The notes under the pieces were generated by a model that saw only the letters and a list, made by a program, of their open reading frames with translations, made no database searches and had not been told where the DNA came from. The translations under genes and the position numbers were made by a program. Below are positions 1 through 52,927 of a stretch of 64,000 nucleotides of DNA, piece after piece. Position 1 is the stretch's first letter; each line of letters begins with the position of its first letter. The stretch lies in the NCBI GenBank assembly GCA_012295275.1, contig CM022674.1, positions 7,130,001-7,194,000 on the forward strand, in the 5' to 3' direction. This DNA is from Chrysomallon squamiferum. Its lineage: Eukaryota; Animalia; Mollusca.

Positions 1-1223
1 ATTATATGATGCATACACACACAGAGAAAAGTAGACAGATACAAACACTCATACTTACACCCACCCACACACACACAAAACGATACAGATAGATAGATAA
101 ATAGATACATGCACAAACTTACACACACATACACTTGCACACAGAAATAGGCAGATAAACAGATGTACACATATTTACATACACAGATAGATGCATGTGC
201 ATGCACACACACACACACACACACACACACAATAGGCATGGGTAGATAAATAGATAAATACACACATACTAACATATGCAGATATATAAATACATCCATA
301 GGTATGCAAACAGATAAACATATAATCATATACACCTATTTGGATATATGTATATAATACACATATTCTCACACTTACATGGACAAATATAGATATGTAA
401 CATTATACACACACATACATACACTAACATAGAGATAAAATTTAATAAATATGAACTGCATGACCCTCTGTACAAGAACAAGACAGTTTTGTTCTCACTC
501 AGAATACAGAGAATGACAGTTAATAATCTACAAATCAAAAATATTGATTTTTGCTTTTCATGAAAATTAGTTTCTCTAGGCGTTTATATTAATAAAAACA
601 TTGCAGTTAAGTCTCTCTGTATCTGGTTAACAGTGGAATATCCATTGCTATGGAGTCATTGTATTAATATTATTGAACACAAGTTTACTTGACAGTTTCT
701 AAGTGTGGTAGCCATATTGAATTTTTAAAAGCTGTGGCAGCAGTTATCAATTTATAAATTTTTTTGAAAAGTGAGAGTGGGATGAATTTTGACTTAAAGG
801 TCATAAATAGTTTCTGAAAAAAAAAGAGAAACAAAAGAATACAAAATAAAAATAAAAATAAATAAAAATTTGAATTTGAAAAAAAAAGACATTGTTTTTT
901 GTTTGTTTTTTCTCATAAATTTGTTATAAAATCATTATTTTTTATTTATTAAAAAATATTTAAAAATAATTATAGAATATCTTGCACTGAGAATATAATA
1001 ATAAAAAAAACCTCAAGACAACAAATGGTTTTATTTAACAACAAAACAGATAGTTACATAAAATTAAAAATAATCCATTTTTTTATTACTATTATTGTTA
1101 ATTAATTTATTTATTTATTAGGATCATTTATTTATTTATTAGGATCATCATTATTATTGTTGCTTTTATTGTTATTATTATTATTTTATAACATTATGTT
1201 GATATTTATTTGTTTATTTTCAG

Positions 1224-41227
<40,004 letters not shown>

Positions 41228-44005
41228 AAAGGTCAGTGACCTGTCTAGGCTGTGATGAATTTGAACTACATTCAACATGAGGTTGAGACCAGCATTCCAG
41301 TAGACGTACAGGGGAGATTACTCCATCACTGGATCCAATTAACCGTTGTATTTTGTGGCTTTGTTGTGTGTGTACTTCTTCTTGCAGTAGTCTAGGCAAA
41401 GCAGCCAGCCATTGTTGTGTGAACTTTTTCAAAAAATTGTCATCTATGTTGATTCTTTGTTGTCGAATTTGATTTAATGAACTGTGTTTTTTCAGTTCGT
41501 TTCATCAAAAAAAAAAAAAAAGAAATGAAAGACCTTCTGCTGAAACAAGAAAACAATTTTCTCTTGAATACAAAAATAATGTTCCACTTTGAAAAGAAAA
41601 ATGAAATGCTGCAAGAAAAAAGATTTTGTTGAAAGCCAGAATGGTATGAAAACAAATCTGACAAAATTAAATAAAAAATAATAATTAAGAAAAATGATGT
41701 TATTAGCAGCAAGGATGTTTGAGAAAAGAAAAGGTAACTGTATTTAAGAAATAGATATTTCAGTAGATGTTCTTACAGCAGATCTGTCTGTCTGTCTGAA
41801 TCTGTCACAAGGCAGGTAAAGAATATAGGACAATGAATAATAATTAAATTTATTTGAGATTTGAAAAAACCCAACAAAAAAACAAAAACAAACTGATGCC
41901 AAAAACATCACTGGATCTTGGACATAAATTTTCTTGTTAACTGCAATAATCTTTTTTTTTTGTACTTGTTTGCAGTTAAGAAAGACATTACAAAGATACC
42001 TGCATGAATTTTGAAACATTAACTGGCTTTTCTAGTCGACTTTTACATAATTTCATTAAATAAATAAGATTCATTTGGATTAACTGATGATAAAAGATTT
42101 TCAGACATTGTTAATTGCTTTGCTTAACTTAGACAGCTGAGCAGAAACTTAGATTATCAAGACTTAGAGAAAGACAAATTCGATGTTCCTTCGCGGCACA
42201 AACTACTTAATAGGAATCCTTTGTTGTGAAAATATTTGTCAAATATTATTTGAGCTAGCTGTGCCATTGTGTTTTCAACATCATCTTCATCATCATCATC
42301 ATGTTTTCATTGTATCATTAATATTTCATCATTTTTGTTTTTTGTCTCTTAATGGCTTCCCTCTTTTTCCCCAATCCAAGAAGAACTTCATCATTTGTGG
42401 GTTTCTGTTTTGTTTATTTCCATTTTGTTTGTTTGGGAAATATATTTTTTTTTAGTTTTTACGGTTCCACCAACTGTATATTTTGAGTTCGTAATTTACA
42501 ATGTTTTTGTGACAAGTTTTTGTTTTTAAAAACTTTTTGTTAGAAATGTTTTACTTGAATCATGGTTGATAATTTATTTGATACCTGTGAGATATTTTTA
42601 AAGCTGGTTGTTAAAATTTTGGTATTTTTTAAATCAGAGCTGATTATTTATATCTGTTATATGATTATAGGTTCACCCAATAGCCAATATATTTTTTTTT
42701 TATTTTTTTATTTACTTTTCAATTTTTTTTTCCTGGGCTATCATACAATGATTAGACTTTATAATATTTTTGTTTCATTCGTTTATAAATAGTTAAAACT
42801 ATATAAGTTTAATCATTTTTAAAATCTGTTTTCTTAATTAATACAAAAATTAATTCTTTTGAACCTTTTTTTTTTCCTGTGAAATATAGATATTTTTAAA
42901 TATTTCTATTAAATTTCCAATAAACTTTAAGTATTAGAAAAGAAAATATTACAAATTAATAAATTATATCTGAATAAAATTAAATTTAGAGAGAAAGTGA
43001 GGTATTTTATAAAAAATAATGATACATGAGTTTGTTCTTTAAAAATGAAATAATAATAATAATAATAATAATAATAAACTGTAAAATTTTGGTAACAAAA
43101 TATGCAGTATTTGCAGACACTTAAAAATTATTTATTTCAAGATATTTTTAAAAAGTCATTACAGTTCGTGTTAAAAAAAGAAAGAAAATAAAAGGCTTTG
43201 ATTCTATAAAATGCAGGACTGTATTAAAAGAAAAACAATGGAAAGAGTTAAACAGGTTTTAAAGTTTCCAGTTACAAAACAAAACATTGATTTTGTTATT
43301 TAAAACCAAACATATTTAAATTATTTGATGTTAAACTGTATTTTAGTGCAATTTTCTGTATATTAGCCATTATGTATATTTGTATATTTTGTGCATATGT
43401 ATAATTATAGTGCATTTTTGTATATTTTAGTGCAGATTTAGTGCACATTGCATATTTATTATGTACATGCTAGTTGTATTATAATCCTGTATATTATTAT
43501 ATATCTGTTACCTGTATATCTTGATCCATACAATTTTGTTGTTACAAGTTTTTTTGCTGAGCAATTCGTAAGCAAGTTAATTTCTAGTCACCATGGTAAC
43601 CTAACATTTTTGAATTTCGAACCTTTGTTTGCTACCTTTTCGGCTACAAAATATTTGTAGCAAATGACAAAACTGTTTTTGGCACTTTTAATTTTTTGTT
43701 ACTGTGTCTAAAAAGTTTTTGTTTTGTATGAAATGTTTCTGGCACTTGACTGACAAAGAAAGAGATTCAATTATTTTCTTTAAACTAAAAATCAAACTTT
43801 GTATAAAGATGTTCTTTTTCTCTCTTTTTTGTTTCTTTTTTTTTTTTTAATTTGTAAAATTATTTCTTTTAAATTAAGAATCAAATTTGTATTAGTATAT
43901 AAATGTTTTTTTCTTCTTATAAACGTATATGTGTGTGTATGTCTGTAATTCATAGATCAGAGGTTATAAAAATCACAAAATACACAAGGACTTTATAATG
44001 ACTCT

Positions 44006-44041
<36 letters not shown>

Positions 44042-44575
44042 GTGTGTTCTCTTTTTTTCAAATTAAAAAATTCACAGTGTACATAATTTTTACAGTTATG
44101 GAAATGATGTGCCAAAAAGGACAATCCTCCGAAACATTTGTCATGTTTTTAATTAGTTGTTTTATTGGTAGCAGATTTGGGTATTATTTAAGGTTGTTAA
44201 AACTGAAATATTTACAAAGTTTACACTTTATTTAACAACATTCTCTTAATGTCACAAACATTTATTTCAGTTCGTCAGTGAGGATATTTTTACAGTTATG
44301 AATTTAATTTAAGGTTGTTACAGAAATGTTTGTACTAGGATTTGAATGTATCTACCAAAAAGTTTCTGTTAAGATTTTTAACTGTTCACTTGGTAAATGC
44401 TTTTGTTTGTTATTTTGAGGATACTGAGAAAGGAAAGGGATCCTAAAATTAATACTGAGGTATGGATAATAAGTATATGCATTAAAAATAGTAAAGGATT
44501 ATTAAAATAAAAATTGCAGGTGTTTTTAAGCTTCAGAACGGTAATGTCCAGCATTTAAAAATAAGAATCTGCTTA

Positions 44576-44855
44576 GTTTCCAAGGATATGTTGCTATGGA
44601 TATGTGATTATGGGGATTATTATTGATATATCTCCATCGAAACATCTGTAGGGATACGTTACTGTGGATATGTAACTGTAGATACGTTATGACTGATGTG
44701 TTACTATGGATACGTTTCCTTGGTTACATTTCTGGATAGAGAAGACTGTTTGTGATATATCTGAGAAATCTGTGTTGTCCAGTTTTTCCTAAAATCATTT
44801 CTCACTGGTGCTGATGCTTTTGTTTGCAAGTGGTCACATGACTGGTCATGTGACA
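44576..44855. promoter_or_regulatory. Candidate enhancer: 14-bp X-box-like tandem array plus palindromic double E-box
   Basis: GTTGCTATGGATAT, GTTACTATGGATAC, GTTTCCTTGGTTAC and others in 14-bp register; GTCACATGACtgGTCATGTGAC at 44833-44854. Confidence 0.4.
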
Positions 44856-45962
44856 TAATCTCCCTTATAGAATTTGTGTCTGATTTGTTTTTACTGTTTT
44901 TTCAGCATTCATCTTGATGCATTATTTTTCTTCTGCAGTATACCATACTGTTTTATTTCCAGATGTTTGTAACCTTTAATGAAATATCAAGCAAACAAGC
45001 AAAATTATAATAAACAGATAAAGTCAAAATAGTTATTATTTAAGCAATTTGTTTACAACTATGTCACTTTTTTTTCTTTTTTTTTTTTTGTTGAAAGAAA
45101 GTGATAAACAAATAAATTAATTAATTTATACATATGCAAAACAGCAATTAATTTCATTCAGGAATTAATTCATAAACTTTTGTCTTTATGCCAAAACAAA
45201 AATATCATTTAACAAATTTTTAAAAACTTCTCAAAGCATACAGTTGTCTCATGTAACTTTCAAACATGCAAGGTAAAAATCATTTCATGCAAAATTCACA
45301 GAACTGTCTTTCATTGTCATCCCACCAGATACAGAATTTCATGGAAAAGATTTAGTAATTTTTGCATAATAACAAGTGTACAATAGCTTGTTTTTTCCCT
45401 TTTTAATTTTAACTGGAAAGATTTTAAGTAATATCATATTTATTTTTATTAATTTTAGTAAGAAAAACATACATTAAATTTCATCTGGATATAAAGTTTT
45501 TGACATAAGGTTGTATGATTCTTTTCAATGCATTTTATATTTAGCCAAAGTGTTTTTCATTAACTTGTTGCTTAGCAACATATTTGGATCGATGAATTCC
45601 AGCTTGTATATATATATAAACCCTTTTTCTGTGAATTGGAATACATTTTGGGATGTTTAATTTTCAGTTTTAACATTTAAAATTATGTTTTTCTTTGTTA
45701 GTATTTGACTGATTTTAAACTTTTTTTGTCTTATAAATTTAATGTTAATTTTAAAACTTGTTATTGTTTGGTGGTCATGTTTCAGTCTAACATGTTTTGT
45801 GAAATGAACTGATAATTTCTGATAAACTGTGTTAAGGATTTTTCTATTTTTATTCCATGACAGTTTTAACCTAAAACATAAGTCATAATACTTAAAAGTA
45901 GTCTTTGTTACTCTTGTTTTTCCTTCTATTATCTTTAAAGTTTATTATTTATTTATTTGTTG

Positions 45963-46006
<44 letters not shown>

Positions 46007-47368
46007 ATTATTATTATTATTATTAGTGGTTCACTGACTGATTGATTAAATTATTTTTTGGTTTATTTTTGTTGTTTTGGTACTTTTTTTTTCTTCTTTT
46101 TTTTTTTTTTTTTTTTGTTGTTATAAAGAAAATTTTCACTTATCCAATGATTACAAAAATAAAACAAAAACAACTGTGTCTCTTAAGTTACAAAATTTAC
46201 ATTTAATCTTGTACAGATGCATTTTTGTGTTACATACAACACATTGTTATTTGAAGAAATGGGTTTTATTTATTCACCACCACTGTAAATAGCTCAATAT
46301 AGTGTTGTCTGCAGGAATTGCATCACACATTTAACAAGTTAGGGAAATAATGCCTCCCTCTGTTTCAAATATAAAATTACAATGACCACATTATGTACAT
46401 ATAATAATTTATTTAGTTCAGTTAATAAAGGATGTTCCAAAGTCTGGCCTCTGTATAGGAAAACTATAAGAAATACTAGGATTTTTTTTTTTTTTTTTAA
46501 TTTAATTTATCAATTATCACTTAGCTTATCAGTTATGGTAAAAATGACAACCATTGACGTCTTCACATGCTCTAATTTGCTCAACATAAAACATTTGACA
46601 TTTCTAAGCAGGGAGGTGTTTGTTTTTAACATCTTCTTCTCTCATTAACATCCTGTATTTAGGACACCATCTGAAAAATATTAAATACTAATTAGTAAAT
46701 CAGTGTAAAAATTAAACTGTTAAATTCATGTCCAGTGGGGCCAAACTTTGGGGTCACCTTGTATGTGACAAGCCAGGTAGTTGTAGTATGATAAGCAAAC
46801 TTGTCTGCTCTTGTAGAAAATATCCAGTGATATCCTCACTGCGGCCATGCAGTGGGAAATTTTAAACGTTTGGTGAATTCTTTGTTGCTGCAACAGCTGG
46901 TCTTTTGCAAATTCATTTCTTCTGACGTTATTCATTTTGTTGTCTGAAGAAATGAATATATATATATATATGTGTGTGTGTGTATACAATAAAATGGCTG
47001 TCATGCTGTGTTATTAATACTATTATTCAAAGCCTGTCACCAAAATATGATAGTTTATTTGTTAAACGTAGAGGACATTGTGTGTTGTTTATTGTTTCAA
47101 ATGTTGGATCACTTATTATGCAGTATTTGCTAGTTATATATATGTGTATGTGTGTGTGTGTGTGCATGTCTAGATATAAGCTACTTTTTCTGAAATTTCT
47201 TTTAGTGTTTAACAACCGTTCTCTCCGTTTTAGCATTGCAGAAATTACTAATGTGTGAGACATAATACTTTTCAGTTGTACCGGATGAATTATATGTATA
47301 TACTGTTAACTTGTACAACTTATATCTTCCTTTATCTGTTAAATATATGTGTGTATTCCACTTATGTA

Positions 47369-47403
<35 letters not shown>

Positions 47404-47569
47404 TACTGCTTGCAGCCTTGAAGCTTCCTATGTGTGTGTATTCTTGTAAACTGGTTGTAAATTGTTATCATCTTTTGTTATCACATCATAGCCCAACTGA
47501 CAACTGTAAAACACCACAATGTGCAATATTTTACAATTTTCCCATCTGTTGAAAATTTCTTTACATATG

Positions 47570-47626
<57 letters not shown>

Positions 47627-48102
47627 GTTGATGTTACTGTTATTGTTAATATTATTTCAGTACCATTAATTATCTCTTCTGTTCTTGCCTTTTATTCCCT
47701 TCCAAGTTTATTTACCTCATTCAGGTTTTTTATCATTTACCTCAGGAAAATTGTTTTTGCTTGAAGCACAACTTTTTATTATTAAAACTATTTGCTTTTT
47801 GTAGAATTCATCTTATATATTGTATTTTTATTTATTATGATATATATATTTATTTATTTATTTATTTATTATTATTGGTTGAACAGCAGATGCAGATAGA
47901 ATATATTTATGGCTTTGTTCTGCTACACTGGAATCTTCATCTTTTTGCATTTAAAAATACTGTACAATTATTACTTCAGGTAAAATCATTTTAAAAGGCT
48001 CTCTCTCTTCCTGTTTTTATCCTTTTTTTTAAGAAGTCTAAAAAGAAAGTAAATAGCAAATAAATAAATAATCATGAATAAATAAAACTTAAAAACAATT
48101 AA

Positions 48103-48140
<38 letters not shown>

Positions 48141-50289
48141 TTCTTAAAAAGATATGATTCTGGACATTTTTGTTTGTTCTGTTTTGTTTTTTCTTTCTTT
48201 CTTTATCAGTTCATTTATTTATTTATTTATTTTATTATTATTATTTTTTTAATTGATCCCAGAAACACTGATACCATCAGGGTGACTTTGTATGACATTT
48301 TATCATGACAATATTTATTATTTTCATTAATATAACTGAGTTCATAACATGTCACAATTCATGAAATAATAACATAGTCTGTGAATTGTTACACATACAA
48401 GTTACAGTTTAATATTTACTGAAACAAAAAGTAACTGAAGTAATCTAGAGAATGTTTTATATAAAATCAGAACACACAATGATAGGCAGACATATTGAAA
48501 AATAAATTTGAAGCTAAACACATACACTGGTGTGGCTTTTTTTTTGATAATCATTATTTTTTTTAAATAAATATTTCTACATTTTTACAAAATTTAAAAT
48601 AAAAGATAATTTATTATAAATATTTGAAAATTTACAGTAATAAATAATAAAGAAGGGAAAACCTGGTACTCTTTTGTAACAAATTTTTATTACATATTTA
48701 GTCACTTTACATATAAAGTGATTATTTCAGTCACTTTAATCTAGGAACTGTAACTTTTATTCAGAAAGAAGTTCATTTGTGAATTCACCTTTTTTTGAAA
48801 TCATTAAATATCTGCGTATTATTTTTAAAATATGACCAATCACTTGTGAATTTGCTTTTTAGCAATGTTAAAAAAAAAAAGAAAAACGCAAAAAAAAAAA
48901 GAAAAACCAACATCATCTCAGATTCCATACATTATCTGTGTTCATAGCTGTCAGCTGATTGTAATTCCAGTATTGGTAAATGCAAATAAATAAATATTGC
49001 TTAGAAAAAAAAAAAAATTTGTTTGTTGTTATTTGAACAATTTCAATATTGCAGCATGTGTCCGAGTTTAAATGCCTCTGGTTTACAATTTTATTAACAG
49101 ATATTGTGGACTCCGAAATTAGTAATGATGATTTGTTTATTTTTTTCTACTAAAAGAGCTTGTTTTTATAACTGCATGCAGAATCTGTTGTTATACATTT
49201 GCCTCATTTAATATAACTCATTTTTAAACGATAAATTATTGTCAACAAGGTTCTTTTTTCACAAAATTTAAAAAAAAGAATTGGTAAATTGTTTTAATAT
49301 CATTTTAAAAACACATCACTGCAGTCTTCTTGAAATAAGCTTTTAAAAATAATTTTAATTTATATTTTTATAAAAAATGTACCATTGGATTTAGAATTTT
49401 TTTGAAATAATTTTTATAAATTGTTCTAGTAATCTTTTTGTAAGCATTTGACTTAAAATAATTTTTAAAAACAGTAACAGCAACAGTAATAATAACAAAA
49501 TAAACCTCAGAAATAATTGTTACAGTTACCAAAAAATAATGATAACAAATAAAAAATGAAAATGTAATAATAGTAATAATAAATTTTAGTAATAATACTA
49601 ATATTAATTACAAAAATAAATAATAAATTCCCAGGATGTCTAAAAGTGAAAATAAAAGTGACTAGCTGTGAGTTTCACTGTGAGGCGTTTGAAAACATGA
49701 GCAGCTGTGACATGTAAATGTTATCACTTTATTACAGATGATTATCCAGACGGTTTTGAGAAGAAACTGTGACAACTGACACAGCTAACTGTGACAGTGA
49801 TAAAAACACTGATTATTAACCATCAAAACATGACGAAAGTAGAAAAATCACATTTTTAAAGTGAGCATAGAAAAAAAAAATTGTGATACGTACTGACTCG
49901 CACAGTTAGTTAGATTATTGTTTAGTCACAAGACCTACACATATCAGTACCTATATATATATATATATATACATATATATACACATCTATGTGTGTGAGT
50001 GTGTGTATGCATATATATAATTTCAATCAGTCCAGCTTTTGCCTGTTCGAACCAGTAAAATACTGAATTATTTAATATTCGTTCACTTAATTACAAAAGC
50101 CCTCATTATCTGTTGGTTTGGGAAACATTTAAAAACGTAAATAACTTCAGTGTTTCATAGCAGCACAAAGTAAACCAGAACACTGTAGTCAGTTGATTTA
50201 CTCAGGTTTTAGCCATTCTTAGTACTACCTTAGGTGATTATTCAACATATGAACATGCTATGGATAAAAACTACATATTTTTATTATTT

Positions 50290-50660
50290 AATCATTACTT
50301 CGTGCTCATTCTGTTACGGTATACGTTATTCGACTACGATTTAGTTTAAATGCTTATGGGATGTTGGTGCGTTATACGACCAACTAATATATTAAATATG
50401 ATCACTGATTGGTTGTCTTTTGGCCACGTGATGTAAACAGCTTTCCTGTGGATGTTTCACACTGTAGTGTAGTAGGTAATTTTCTTAATAATTTTTCTAT
50501 CGCTGTTCGTAGATTAAATATTTCGGTTTCGAACATGTAATGTTGTTTGTAGTATACATGTAAATTAGCTATACAGCTCGTATTCACGAATGTTTCATGC
50601 AGTTAAATATTATCGTTGATTAAATACGACCTCAGCGCGAAAACTTGCAGAAACATGTTT
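50290..50660 (+). promoter_or_regulatory. Probable MIIP promoter
   Basis: Locally CpG-enriched; ATTGG (reverse CCAAT) at ~50408, CACGTG at ~50425, forkhead-type GTAAACA at ~50433; candidate donor 50782 and acceptor 51135 follow. Confidence 0.5.
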
Positions 50661-51168
50661 CACTCCAAATTCTAATTCAAACTCATAGTGTATGATAACG
50701 ACAAACCGTTAAACTTTGAAAATAATAAAGAGTTTATTTAACGATGATCATAAAATGAGTATGAAACAAAACAAATTTATGGTAATTTAAAAAAAAAATT
50801 ATCTACGAATATATCTCTGTTTAATATATTAAGCATGATAGCATCTCATTCGTTAGTTAGAACCAAGCAATTAAGAATCTAACACTAGTAACAGGATAAG
50901 TACATCGTCACGATCATAAAACCAATTACCAAGTTTTAAGTTTTCTTTCATTAGAATGAATAAAAAAAAAGAAAGGTATTACTCATAAAACAGTAATAAT
51001 TAATACTCGTTATTGAATTATACTTTCAAGAAAGAAACCAGTACTGTTTAGAGTAACTTAAGTAATTACTAAATTAGTTAATATTAAATTGCTTGATAAT
51101 TCTCTATATGCAATTGAACTATTTTTTCCCTACAGCATTCATAACTGAAGCTCTACGAACTTGCAAGA

Positions 51169-52845
51169 ATGCCAGAAAAGATGAATGATGTTGAGCTTCA
51201 GAACAAGTGTAAAATGTTGCTACAGCAACTGAAATCAAAACAGATGCAGTTAAATGGACTGGTTCTGCCTTCTACTGCACCACAGAGTGAAAATCTCTAT
51301 GACGCCAAACACAATACTCTGAAACCAATCTATGCTAGGGAAAAACTGAAGAAATTGGTAAAGACTACTGACCGTGGTGGAAATCATGTGACTGGTGGTA
51401 GAGATGATGAAAAAACAAATTTCAAAGTTTATGATTCTCGTCCAAAACCCAAATCAGTGGTAATAGAATCAGCTGTAGAAGAAGATTTTGCACCTGAAGA
51501 TACTACAGAACTTGAATCAGCAAGAGATGTCCCTAGTTACCATAGAGATAAATTTTATTCGTATTCTGATGATTATCCTACAGACAGTCTTGATTCATAT
51601 AGAACAGATGACATAGGTTTGTACAAAACAGACATGTTACGTTCATATAAAAGAGAAAACCTAGATTCGTACAAAACAGACGTACTAGGTTCTTATAAAA
51701 CAGACAACCTAGATACTAATGAAACTTGTTCGTACACAAGAGACAACTTAGGTTCTTATACAGTAGACAGCCTAGGTTACGACCATTTAAACTCCTACAC
51801 AACAGACAACCTGGATTCATACACAGTGTCTGACAACCAGAGCAGACACAGACCTCTCTACCAGTCTGCCACTCCCAGAACTCTGAGCAGACGGCAGCTC
51901 ATTGACAGAAATGTCAAGATTGGGAAAAGTTCCAGGTATGTTTTTGACGAGGACGACAGATTTGATAAACTTAATTTTAGTTACTCTCAGGTAGATAGAG
52001 ATCCGTTACCATGGGATCAGTCACATGACCAACATGGACAGAAGCTGGATGATGATGAAACAGATTTGAAATCTGTCCACAACAAAGCTGTTATGAGAGA
52101 TGAGACATTGTTAAAGCAGAGAGTGAAAGATGAGAAGAATAAGATGAAACCAGCTGATGTTTGTGATGAAACATATTCAAAGTATTTGAAGGATGAAGGC
52201 AACAACAAGAGGCTAAAATCTCTGACAAAAGAAGCAATGAAATCACTGAACTTGTCAAGCAGAAGTTCAATTAATCTGGTAATTATATTTAATCAAAATT
52301 AATTCATTGTGCAATAAGATTACAAAATAGGTTTTACTAAAAAAAAAAAAATCTTTTTAAATTTATAGTAAATGAAATCATTGAACTTGTCAAGTTGATG
52401 TACTGTTAATCTGGTAATTATATTCAATAAAAACTAATTCATTGCAGAATAAGAGTACAAAATAATTCCTTAATTTATAGTAATGGTAGATCTAGGCTAA
52501 GAATATTATGTATTTGTGGATGAAAGCATACAGGCATTTATTTCTGTAAATATCTAAATTAACAATAGGAAATTCTAGGAATGTGTGAATAAAGGAAATA
52601 TTAAATAAAGTAATGTGCAAATTAAATCTGTAGTTGACAGAGAAATAATTATAAATACATTTTTGAAATTGGAAACAATTTCTTAATTATCTGTAATTGA
52701 AAATGTAATGAGAATCCAGAGGTATATGTATGTGTTTTTCAATTCAATTCTTTGAATTACATTGTCAATTCTTTTGAAAGACATGTCTGTAAAAATAAAT
52801 TATTAATTATGGAGAAAGATTTGTATTATTCATTTTTTAATTTAT

Positions 52846-52927
<82 letters not shown>

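Noticed and set aside
46735-46765. Tc1/mariner-like terminus (TACAAGGTGACCCCAAAGT on the - strand); similar stub at ~33500
   Set aside because: Single short ends with no partner TIR or transposase; too weak to annotate.
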